Both the position numbers and the translations under genes were made by a program. From a bacterium (GTDB lineage: Bacteria; Sysuimicrobiota; Sysuimicrobiia; Sysuimicrobiales; Kaftiobacteriaceae), in contig JBIOWP010000159.1 of NCBI GenBank assembly GCA_044868695.1, positions 1 through 28,161 of the forward strand: 28,161 bases of DNA. Reading direction: 5' to 3'. Positions 8,787-17,083 of the stretch are shown one piece after another (the stretch's first letter is position 1; every line of letters starts with the position of its first letter). The notes beneath the pieces are model-generated. The model was not told the origin of the DNA. It did no database searches and saw nothing but the letters and a program-made list of their open reading frames with translations.

Positions 8787-10868
8787 TTACTCGCCGGAGC
8801 CTTCGTACAACCACCGGTAGATCCCGTGCGACTGAAGGACGCGCTGGACGTACGCCCGCGTCTCAGAAAACGGAATGCTCTCGATGAACACGTCTGGATC
8901 GGTGCGGGGGAATCTGGAAATCCGGCCCGCCAGGCCCGGACCCGCGTTGTAGGCAGCCAGCGCGAGCACCACGTCCCCGTTGTAGCGCCGCAGCAGCCCC
9001 GCCAGGAACTTCACGCCGAGCGCAATGTTCGTCGACGCGTCCATCAACGCGTCCGGACTCATGTCCGATCCGGCCACGCCGCTCGCCGTCGACGGGAGCA
9101 GCTGCATGAGCCCGATGGCACGGGCCGGAGAGATGGCCCGCCGATCGAAGCGGCTCTCCTCCCGGATAAGCGCTGAAACAAGATATGGATCTACCCCCGG
9201 CGCCGCCGCGGCGGTGCGGATCTCGGTCCAGAACGCGCGCGGGTAGGCGAGCATCAACACCTCGCGATCCGGCTCCTCCTCGCGGGCCCGGGCCGCCCGC
9301 ACGGCCTGTTCTGCCGCTGCCACAGACGCGCCGTACTCCTCGATCCGGGCCCGCAGCCATGCGATGGCTGACAGGATGTTTCCATCCGGCGACGTCACCG
9401 CCATGTCGGAGGCCGCCTCCGCGGCGTCGCGGTCAAACCCCAGCGCTGCGAGTTCCTCGAACAGGACGTGGGTATCGCCGTCGCCCAGCCGGATCGCCGG
9501 GGGCCCCGGCGGGGTCTGCGGCGCGGGCATCCCCAACTCAGTGCGGGCGCGCTGCCCATAGTACGTATATGGATAGCGCTGTGCGACGTCCGCCATCAGC
9601 GCCCGGGCATCCCTGCCGCGGCGAGTCCGCGCCTTTGCCGCCCAGTAGAGGTTTGCGGCTGCCCGACCGGTTGCGGGGAAGTCGGCTGCCGACTGGAGGA
9701 ACTGCCGCTCCGCATCCCCGTACCGTCTTTGCCGGTACGCGAGCCAGCCCAGCCGCCACCGCGCCTCGTCGCCCGACGCCGATGCCGGGTACTGCCGCGC
9801 GAGCGCCGCGAGCGACCGGCTCGCCGTGAGCAGATCGTCCTCCCCTTCCGCCGACAACCCCAAGGACAGCCAGGCCCGGGCCGCCCAGGCGGACTCGGCG
9901 TAGTTGGCCGCAATCTCTCTCCACAGTGCCCACGCCTCCGCGCGCCGCCCCACCGACAGGAGAGCGCGTCCCCGCCAGTAGAGAGCGCGCGGCGCGTCGG
10001 GACCCCCGGGCTGCGCCGCCTGCGCGAATGCGTACACGGCGCCCTGCGTCCCGAGCCGGAGAAACCCGAGCCGGTACCAGGCATCCGCGGCGAGTTCGGG
10101 ACTCAGGGGCTGGTGCAGCGCTGAGGCCAGCTCGCGTTCGGCGGCTTCGAACTCCCCCACTCCGAGCAGGCGGCGAGCCCGCTGCACGCGCGCCTCGGGC
10201 GTCGGCACCGGCGGCCGGTCGGGAATCAGCACGCGCAGCCTCGCAAGGGCGGCGTCGGCGTCGGGTGAGCCGGGAACGCTCCACCACGCCATGCTGTACG
10301 CGCGGAGGGCCAGGAGGCGGTCCCCCGCCCCTTCCGCCGCCTGCCCCAACAACCACCAGGCGCGGCCGTAGGTGGCATCATCCGGAGTACCGTTCAGCAC
10401 CTGCTGCACGACGCCGCGGGCCCGTTCATACTCGCCCAGCCGGAGCAGGACATCCGCGTAGGCGAGCCGCGCCCGCCGGGCGAGAGAAGGAACCTGCGTG
10501 TCGGCAATCACGCGATCCAACCGTGCCGCGGCTGCGTCTGGATGGCCATCCTGCAGGGCCGCGACCGCACCGTAGAACCTGGCGTGGTCGGCCAGCACCG
10601 CGTACCGGCCGGCGACGCCATCAAACATCTCCACCGATGCGGTGCCTTCGTTCCTCAGAAGCAGGCAGTGCGCTACCAGATAGGCGGCGCGCGCGCCGTC
10701 TGGGTCGGGCCGCTCGCTCAAGCGGCGAATCTCGGACAGATCCCCGTCGCACTGTCCGTCGCGCACTGCGACGACAAGCTGGCCGAGGTGCAGCGGCGGC
10801 AGGATCGGCGCCGAGGCCGCCGGAGCGACCATTGCGGCAACGATAAGGGCTGCCAGGACTGGTCTCAT
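8787..10868 (-). CDS. Lytic transglycosylase with TPR-like repeats (Slt70-like)
   Basis: Signal peptide, long alpha-helical TPR-like region, YPYTYYG, C-terminal SLT motifs LIREESRF, AIGLMQL, AAYNAG, IPFSETRAYV. Confidence 0.92.
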   Translation of the reverse strand: MRPVLAALIVAAMVAPAASAPILPPLHLGQLVVAVRDGQCDGDLSEIRRLSERPDPDGARAAYLVAHCLLLRNEGTASVEMFDGVAGRYAVLADHARFYGAVAALQDGHPDAAAARLDRVIADTQVPSLARRARLAYADVLLRLGEYERARGVVQQVLNGTPDDATYGRAWWLLGQAAEGAGDRLLALRAYSMAWWSVPGSPDADAALARLRVLIPDRPPVPTPEARVQRARRLLGVGEFEAAERELASALHQPLSPELAADAWYRLGFLRLGTQGAVYAFAQAAQPGGPDAPRALYWRGRALLSVGRRAEAWALWREIAANYAESAWAARAWLSLGLSAEGEDDLLTASRSLAALARQYPASASGDEARWRLGWLAYRQRRYGDAERQFLQSAADFPATGRAAANLYWAAKARTRRGRDARALMADVAQRYPYTYYGQRARTELGMPAPQTPPGPPAIRLGDGDTHVLFEELAALGFDRDAAEAASDMAVTSPDGNILSAIAWLRARIEEYGASVAAAEQAVRAARAREEEPDREVLMLAYPRAFWTEIRTAAAAPGVDPYLVSALIREESRFDRRAISPARAIGLMQLLPSTASGVAGSDMSPDALMDASTNIALGVKFLAGLLRRYNGDVVLALAAYNAGPGLAGRISRFPRTDPDVFIESIPFSETRAYVQRVLQSHGIYRWLYEGSGE

Positions 10869-11512
10869 TTGCCCATCAACTGGTCGATCGCCGTGCGGAT
10901 GATGCCGATCAATTCCGTCGTGCCCTGACTGTCGCGCGACGGGGGCGGGATGGGATCACCGATGCGGATGCTCACGCGCCCGGGGCGGGGCAGGCGCGCG
11001 CCGAGCGGCCACATCTTCGACAATCCAAGGAGCGCCACCGGGACGACCGGCACCTGCGCGCGAATCGCCAGGAAGGCGGCTCCCTGATGCAGGGTGCCCA
11101 TCCCGGGCTGCACCACGCCGCCTTCCGGAAAGATCACCAGCACCTCGCCGCGGGCCAGACGCTCGAGGCAGGCTTTCATCGCCCCGACGTCACCCACCCC
11201 CCGCCGGACAAAGATCGGGTTGAAGAGCCGGATGATCGCAAACAGGAGCGGATACTGATCGAGTTCCTGCCCGGCCAGGTACGTGACGCGAAACGGCATG
11301 GCCGCGGAGAGTACGATGGGGTCGATTTCACTGGCGTGATTGGCCGTCATGATGAATGGCCCGCGCGGCGGGAGCCGGTCCAACCCCTCGGTGTCCAACC
11401 CCCAGCCTGCGCGCAGCAGGACGCGGAAAAAGCGCGAGACGATCCAGTATCCCGGTCCCATCCGCGTGGGCGGATCAGTCCGCCGCGCGTGCAGCACGAC
11501 CGGGTCCATCAT
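10865..11512 (-). CDS. plsC: 1-acyl-sn-glycerol-3-phosphate / lysophospholipid acyltransferase
   Basis: NHASEID (HX4D), IFPEG, VPVVPV, IRIGDPI. Start 11512 gives an ATGA overlap with the rlmD stop; its own stop overlaps the slt ATG. Confidence 0.87.
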   Translation of the reverse strand: MMDPVVLHARRTDPPTRMGPGYWIVSRFFRVLLRAGWGLDTEGLDRLPPRGPFIMTANHASEIDPIVLSAAMPFRVTYLAGQELDQYPLLFAIIRLFNPIFVRRGVGDVGAMKACLERLARGEVLVIFPEGGVVQPGMGTLHQGAAFLAIRAQVPVVPVALLGLSKMWPLGARLPRPGRVSIRIGDPIPPPSRDSQGTTELIGIIRTAIDQLMGK

Positions 11513-12696
11513 CGGGCCGGCGCCCGCACAGCCTTGACCGCGCACTCCACGTGATGTGTGTGGGGAAAGAGGTCTACGGGCTGGACCGACTCGATCTCAT
11601 AGCCTCCGGCGCACAGGGCACGGAGATCCGTGGCGAGCGTCGCGGGATTGCAGGACACGTAGACGACTCGGGACGGAGCAAGACCTACAATCTGCCGGAT
11701 CACCTTTGCACCGGCACCGGCCCGCGGAGGATCCAGAATCAGGACATCCGGTCGCTGGCCGGGCATCAGCACGTGGGCGACCTGCGACGCGTCGGCGACC
11801 GCAAATGTCGCATTGGCAATACCGTTGAGGGCGGCGTTTTCTCGCGCAGCGTCGACGGCGGCCGGCACCGCCTCCACGCCGACGACCTGCGCCGCCTCCC
11901 GCGCGAGCGCCAGCGCGAACGTTCCCACCCCGCAGTAGAGGTCGACCAGGTGCTGCGTTCCGGTCAGCGCCGCGTACTCGCGCACCACGCCGACCATCTG
12001 GTCCGCCTGCACGGTGTTCGTCTGGAAGAAGGTCAGCAGCCCAACCTTGAAGGTCAAGCGACCGAGGCGCTCATAGATGAATGGGCGTCCCGCCAGCACC
12101 TGAATCCCGTTCACCTCCACCGCGTCGCTCTTCGCAGGATTCACCGCCCATAGGATACTGGTGATGCCGGCGACGCGCGCGAGCAGCGCGTCGGCCAGCG
12201 CCTGAGCCTGCGGGAACGGCCCCGGCGCCGTAATCAGGGCAACCATCATTTCGCCGGTCGCCTTGCCCTCCCGGATGACCAGATGGCGGAGAAATCCCGT
12301 GTGCGTCCACGTGTCGTAGCACGGGAGGGCGTGGTCGCGCCTGAACGAGCGCACGACATGGAGGACCTCCACGCAGCGCGGCGACTGAAGGTAGCAGACA
12401 TCCAGGTCGATGACCTCGTCCCACCGGCCCCGCCGGTGGAGCCCGAGGCGGTCCGGCGGCTGAAACGAGAATTCCATCTTGTTCCGGAAGTACCATGGGT
12501 CGGCGGCGCTGAGGATTGGCCGGACCGGAGGCGCGCCGATCTGCCCCAACTCCGCCACCCGCTCGGCGATGAGAGCGGCCTTGGCCCGCGCCTGCGCGCC
12601 GTAATCCACGTCCTGCCATTGACACCCGCCGCACGGCCCAAAGTGCGGGCAGCGCGGCGCGACGCGGTCGGCCGGCGCGGTATCCAAGCGAATCAT
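11509..12696 (-). CDS. rlmD: 23S rRNA (uracil-C5)-methyltransferase, RlmD/RumA family, lacking the N-terminal TRAM domain
   Basis: CPHFGPCGGC Fe-S motif, YFRNKMEF, FFQTN, DLYCGVG, LDPPRAG, YVSCNP, DLFPHTHHVE. Confidence 0.9.
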   Translation of the reverse strand: MIRLDTAPADRVAPRCPHFGPCGGCQWQDVDYGAQARAKAALIAERVAELGQIGAPPVRPILSAADPWYFRNKMEFSFQPPDRLGLHRRGRWDEVIDLDVCYLQSPRCVEVLHVVRSFRRDHALPCYDTWTHTGFLRHLVIREGKATGEMMVALITAPGPFPQAQALADALLARVAGITSILWAVNPAKSDAVEVNGIQVLAGRPFIYERLGRLTFKVGLLTFFQTNTVQADQMVGVVREYAALTGTQHLVDLYCGVGTFALALAREAAQVVGVEAVPAAVDAARENAALNGIANATFAVADASQVAHVLMPGQRPDVLILDPPRAGAGAKVIRQIVGLAPSRVVYVSCNPATLATDLRALCAGGYEIESVQPVDLFPHTHHVECAVKAVRAPAR

Positions 12697-12702
12697 GCGT
12701 CA

Positions 12703-12711
12703 ATTGTAGCA
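12703..12711 (-). promoter_or_regulatory. Extended -10 element upstream of rlmD, consistent with a leaderless transcript
   Basis: Minus strand reads TGCTACAAT-tgacgc-ATG; no SD is present. Confidence 0.6.
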
Positions 12712-12775
12712 AGGGACCGCGGAAGATGGCACCCACGCGCGGGAACGGAGCGGGCCGCCGTCGAAACCGCGGGAT

Positions 12776-13297
12776 GTGGACGCCTATCGCTGCGTCGTCA
12801 CCAAGCGCGATCTGCGGACGTTCGCCGACCGGCGGCTGGGCACCGCCGCCGTCACCAAGATCCTCGATGCCGGCCGCATGAGTGGAAGCAGCAGGAACCG
12901 GCAGCCGTGGCACTTCGTGGTTGTGCAGGACCGCAGCCGTCTGACCCAACTGGCCGGTTTTGGTCGATTTGCGCAGCATGTCGCCACCGCGGGGGCGGCG
13001 GTCGCGCTGGTGATCGACGACCCCTCGTATGCATTTGACGCCGGCCGGTGCGCCCAGAACATGATGCTGGCCGCCTGGTCGATGGGCATCGCCTCCTGCC
13101 CCGCGACGATGCACCGGGCGGGCGACGCCGCCGCGTTTCTCGGCGTCCCGACGGGCAAAATCCTGGCGGTCGTCCTCTCGTTCGGCTATCCGCACCCGCG
13201 CGGGCGCGGCCCCATCGAACGGACGGCGCTGCGCATCCTTGCGGGCAGAGGGCGTCGCAAGCTGGCGACGATGGTCTCGTGGGAACAGTACGGCTGA
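12776..13297 (+). CDS. Nitroreductase family protein
   Basis: KRDLRTF, SGSSRNRQPWHFVVV, FDAGRCAQNMMLAAWSMGIASC, LSFGYP; GTG start. Confidence 0.9.
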   Translation: MDAYRCVVTKRDLRTFADRRLGTAAVTKILDAGRMSGSSRNRQPWHFVVVQDRSRLTQLAGFGRFAQHVATAGAAVALVIDDPSYAFDAGRCAQNMMLAAWSMGIASCPATMHRAGDAAAFLGVPTGKILAVVLSFGYPHPRGRGPIERTALRILAGRGRRKLATMVSWEQYG

Positions 13298-14115
13298 CGA
13301 CGGTCGCTTCCATTTCGAGATCCCGCTGTCTCTCGGCGGCGCTGGCCGCGCTGCTGACCCTCGGATGGCCGGCGGGGCTCAGGGCACAACTGCAGACCCC
13401 CTCGGTCGACACGCTGCTGCTGCGCCTGTTTGGCTCGGAGACCAGAGACCCCTACGAGCTCACCGCGGACTTCATGGGCGCTCTGAGGGTCACCGTGCGG
13501 GGAAGTCAGCTGGTGGTGGAAGCCGAGGGATCGTTTTTCGAGTCGCGCGGAACAGACGGCGTCAGACGCCGCAAAGTGGCGGTCAGGAAGTTGAGCGTCC
13601 CCCTGATCCTCCGGCCGTTCTCCGCGTCGATCGGCCGGGCGATCGAGGACCGGATAGAGACGCAGGCGGAGAATCCGGAAACATTTCACGCGCATGACAT
13701 TTTCGTCGCGGACGTGCAGCCGGGACCCCGGTACGTGCTGGGCGGGGTGCACCGCGACATTGTCGACGACGCGATCGACCGGTACGGAAAACCGCGAGAC
13801 AAGCTCGACGTCACGACACGGCGGAAAATCGCCGAGTGGCTGTTCAGCGCGCCGACGATGCGAGAGTTCATCGTCCGGCCCGGACCGCCCTACGCGTTGC
13901 GGGCCGTCATCGACGACACAGGGCTGCTGTACGAGTTGATCCTCTCCTATGACTGGGGACAGGTCAGCACGAAGGTCGCGTACGCCTACATCAATGGGCA
14001 GGCGGTGTGGGCCCGGGTGGTGGCCGATACCATGAGCGATCTCTCCGGGGTCGGCCACGTCACAGGACAACTCTCCCTCGTCTTTACGAATCACTGCGTC
14101 AACTGCAGACGGTGA
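13279..14115 (+). CDS. Exported hypothetical protein, beta-rich, possibly LolA-like
   Basis: Signal-peptide-like CLSAALAALLTLGWPAGLRA followed by a beta-strand-rich body. The ORF-track start 13048 overlaps the nitroreductase, so GTG 13279 is a tentative start. Confidence 0.7.
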   Translation: MGTVRLTTVASISRSRCLSAALAALLTLGWPAGLRAQLQTPSVDTLLLRLFGSETRDPYELTADFMGALRVTVRGSQLVVEAEGSFFESRGTDGVRRRKVAVRKLSVPLILRPFSASIGRAIEDRIETQAENPETFHAHDIFVADVQPGPRYVLGGVHRDIVDDAIDRYGKPRDKLDVTTRRKIAEWLFSAPTMREFIVRPGPPYALRAVIDDTGLLYELILSYDWGQVSTKVAYAYINGQAVWARVVADTMSDLSGVGHVTGQLSLVFTNHCVNCRR

Positions 14116-14651
14116 CCGCCCCCCGCCCTCAGAGGACCATCTGGACGATCGTGATTGCCGCGCTGCTGGTGAGCGCCTGTGGCCCGAGGCCCCCCGCCCC
14201 GCTGATCGAATACCGGGATGGGACGCGCGGGTTCGTCATCCGGCATCCGGCGGGGTGGACGCCGTCGCCGCGCGATGACGCGGTGTGGATTGTCCCCGGC
14301 GATGCCGGGCGCATCCCGGAGGTTCCGGAATTCATCGTGGTGGTCAGCAAACCGTCAGACCGCAAACTGGACGACACGGCGATCCGGCGGGCCGTCTTCG
14401 AGTTCTTGCCGATCCACGGGGTCTCGGGGTTCCAGCAGGACGCGCGCACAACCGCACAGGTGCTGTGGTACAAGTTCGAGGTCACCGGTGCGGCGGGCGA
14501 CCAGGAGTGGGCCTCGGTGGGCGTCGTCACCGCGGGCGACGTCCGCTATCATCTCGTGGTCTGTGCGAAACCCCTGCCGAAGTGGCGCAGCGGTCAAAAG
14601 CAGTGCGACGAAGTCGTGCGCACCTTCACGCCCGGTCCGCTGAACGAGTAA
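14112..14651 (+). CDS. Hypothetical lipoprotein, probable PsbP/Mog1-like fold
   Basis: GTGA overlap with the upstream stop; lipobox LVSAC; YRDGTRGFVIRHPAGW and C-terminal DEVVRTF resemble PsbP/DcrB-like proteins (inference). Confidence 0.72.
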   Translation: MTAPRPQRTIWTIVIAALLVSACGPRPPAPLIEYRDGTRGFVIRHPAGWTPSPRDDAVWIVPGDAGRIPEVPEFIVVVSKPSDRKLDDTAIRRAVFEFLPIHGVSGFQQDARTTAQVLWYKFEVTGAAGDQEWASVGVVTAGDVRYHLVVCAKPLPKWRSGQKQCDEVVRTFTPGPLNE

Positions 14652-14655
14652 CCGG

Positions 14656-15846
14656 TCACGACCGCGCGGCCGCCTTGTACCGCTTGAGCGCCTCCCGTAT
14701 CCGCCGGAGGGCTTCTGTGATGTTCTCGACGCTGTTCGCGTACGAGAACCGGAGGTAGCCGCCTCCGTGCGGACCGAAGGCGGTTCCGGCCAAGCAGGCC
14801 ACACCCCCCTCGGCCAGGAGAAAATCCGCCAGGCGCTTGCTGTCGGGGTCGATGCGGCTGACGTTCGGAAAAGCGTAGAAGGCTCCTTCCGGCACGGTGC
14901 AGGTCATCCCGTCGATTGCGTTGAGACCGGAGACGATGACATCGCGCCGCCGGCGAAACTCCGCCACCATCCGCTGGACGGGATCGCGCGGTCCTCTCAG
15001 CGCCGCGATACCCGCAAGTTGCGTAAACGCGGCGGCGCAGGAGTTGGAGTTGACCATCAGCTGCGCCATGCGGGCGGCGAGTTCCTTGGGCATCACGCCG
15101 AACCCCAGCCGCCACCCGGTCATCGCGTAGGCCTTGGAGAACCCGTCGAGGATGATCGTCCGGTCCTTCATGCCCGGCAGGCTGGCGATGCTCGTGTAGC
15201 TGCCCTCGTACATGATCTGCCAGTAGATCTCATCAGACAGTACCAGGGCATTGGTCCGCTGGACCGCCTCAGCTACCGGTGACAGGTCCTCGCGCGTCAG
15301 CACGGAGCCGCAGGGGTTGTGCGGTGAGTTCAAGACGACGAGCTTCGTCTTCGGTGTGATCAGGCTCCGGAGCGCCGCGGGGTCGACGCGGAATCCCCGT
15401 TCCTCCTTCAAGACGAGCGGTTTGACGACCGCCCCGACAAAGCGCGCGACGGACTCATAGATGGGATAACCGGGATCGGGGCAGATCACCTCATCCCCTG
15501 GGTTCACGAGCGCCAGGATCGCGAAAAACATCACCGGCTTGCTTCCGGGGGTGACGACAATCTCATCCGGGGTCACCGGGATCTTGCGCGTCGCCTCGAC
15601 GTGCTGGGCGATCGCCTCCCGGGCCTCATAGAGTCCCGCCGAGGGCGTGTAGTGGGTGGCTCCCTCGCGCAGCGCCTTGAAGGCAGCCTCTTTGATATGC
15701 TCGGGCGTGTCGAAGTCAGGTTCGCCGATCTCCAGGTGGACGATCGACTTCCCCCGGCGTTCCAGGTCCCGGGCTTTGGCCAGGACTTCGAATGCGGTCT
15801 CGGTCCCAAGTCCCGCCATGCGCTGCGCGAACTGCATCTCCGTCAC
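14656..15846 (-). CDS. PLP-dependent class I/II aminotransferase (aspartate aminotransferase-like)
   Basis: IGEPDFDTP, YTPSAG, NSPHNPCG, SDEIY, GFSKAYAMTGWRLG (PLP lysine), GAFY, LRFSYA. GTG 15846 lies 6 nt after AAGGAG; alternative ATG 15837. Confidence 0.93.
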   Translation of the reverse strand: MTEMQFAQRMAGLGTETAFEVLAKARDLERRGKSIVHLEIGEPDFDTPEHIKEAAFKALREGATHYTPSAGLYEAREAIAQHVEATRKIPVTPDEIVVTPGSKPVMFFAILALVNPGDEVICPDPGYPIYESVARFVGAVVKPLVLKEERGFRVDPAALRSLITPKTKLVVLNSPHNPCGSVLTREDLSPVAEAVQRTNALVLSDEIYWQIMYEGSYTSIASLPGMKDRTIILDGFSKAYAMTGWRLGFGVMPKELAARMAQLMVNSNSCAAAFTQLAGIAALRGPRDPVQRMVAEFRRRRDVIVSGLNAIDGMTCTVPEGAFYAFPNVSRIDPDSKRLADFLLAEGGVACLAGTAFGPHGGGYLRFSYANSVENITEALRRIREALKRYKAAARS

Positions 15847-15855
15847 CGGAAACTC

Positions 15856-15927
15856 CTTCAACGCTTCAACGTTCGATCTTTCCAACGGTCCAACTTTTTA
15901 ACGTTCCAACTTTCCAACTCTTCAACC
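15856..15927. repeat. Degenerate 8-bp tandem repeat, 9 units, consensus about YTYCAACK
   Basis: cttcaacg cttcaacg ttcgatct ttccaacg gtccaact ttttaacg ttccaact ttccaact cttcaacc. Confidence 0.85.
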
Positions 15928-15935
15928 CGTCTGCG

Positions 15936-16880
15936 TCAGCGTCCTGCGGTGATGCGGGTTCCCGTCTGGCCCGCCAGCGCCCGTTCGATGGCCCCCGGGG
16001 ATGTAATGAGCGCTTCCGGCCCCCCGGCCTCGACGTACTCGATCGCCGCGCGCACCTTCGGTCCCATGCTCCCCGCGGGAAAGTGTCCCGCGCTGAGATA
16101 CTCCTTCGCCTCATCGACGGTGATCGCTGTGAGGTCGCGCTGCTCCGGCCTGCCGTAGTGGACCGCCACCCGCTCGACCGCGGTGGAAATGAGCAACAGA
16201 TCTGCGCCGATCGCTTGCGCGAGCAGGGAGCTGGCCAGATCTTTGTCGATCACCGCCTCGACCCCGGTCAGCCGGCCGTCCGGTTCACGCACGACGGGAA
16301 TGCCGCCCCCGCCGCAGGCGATGACCACGATGGCCTGGTGGACGAGTCCCTTGATGACCAGCCGCTCGACAATCTCGACCGGCAGCGGAGACGGGACGAC
16401 GCGCCGCCACCCACGTCCCGCGTCCTCCACCATCTGCCAGCCCCGTTCCGCCTGCAGCCGGCCCGCCTCATCCTTCTGGTAGAACCTGCCGATAGGCTTA
16501 GTTGGACGGTGGAAGGCCGGGTCGTGGGGGTCCACGACTGTCTGGGTGACCACCGTCGCAACGCGCTTACGGATGGTGCGGCGGCGCAGTTCGTTGCCCA
16601 GGACCTGCTGGAGTAGGTAGCCGATCGATCCCTGGGTCTGCGCCCCCAGCATGTCCAGGGGCAGTGTGGGCGCGGCGCGGGCCGCCAGTTCGCTGCGCAG
16701 GAGGTTGAACCCTACCTGCGGGCCGTTCCCGTGAGTGAGGACGACGTCCCATCCGGAGGCCAGCATGCCGCCGATGTGCGCGCAGGTCTCCTGGAGGGCC
16801 GCGATCTCTCCGGCCACACTCGGATGCGCTTCATCTTTGATGAGGGAGTTGCCACCGATGGCGACGACGGCGACCGGCAC
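15936..16880 (-). CDS. arcC: Carbamate kinase
   Basis: VVAIGGNSL, THGNGPQVG, AQTQGSIGY, DPAF..PTKPIG, EDAGRGWRRVVPSP, GGGGIPV, EAVIDKD, FPAGSMGPK. GAGGAG SD before GTG 16880 gives 314 aa. Confidence 0.96.
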   Translation of the reverse strand: MPVAVVAIGGNSLIKDEAHPSVAGEIAALQETCAHIGGMLASGWDVVLTHGNGPQVGFNLLRSELAARAAPTLPLDMLGAQTQGSIGYLLQQVLGNELRRRTIRKRVATVVTQTVVDPHDPAFHRPTKPIGRFYQKDEAGRLQAERGWQMVEDAGRGWRRVVPSPLPVEIVERLVIKGLVHQAIVVIACGGGGIPVVREPDGRLTGVEAVIDKDLASSLLAQAIGADLLLISTAVERVAVHYGRPEQRDLTAITVDEAKEYLSAGHFPAGSMGPKVRAAIEYVEAGGPEALITSPGAIERALAGQTGTRITAGR

Positions 16881-17083
16881 AGTGGGCTCCTCGGGCGGGT
16901 CAGAACACGACATAGTGTTCGAGGTCCCGGAGACCCTCCCTCTCCAGGCGGCATTGATCTTGCTACCTAGAGAGGGTGCGACCCGCCGCGAAGGGGGTCG
17001 GAAGTGCCAATGAACTTCGAACAAATTGACATCCGGCTCGGCGGGATTCTCGGCCGAGCACGTTAGCGTCGGAGGACGCGCAC

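Noticed and set aside
8777..8790. Similar TAACCGG junctions at two convergent gene ends (8778 and 14649)
   Set aside because: Too short; explained by back-to-back stop codons with a GC spacer.
15856..15927. Repeat arrays as CRISPR
   Set aside because: Units are 8-9 bp and contiguous, with no unique spacers and no cas genes.
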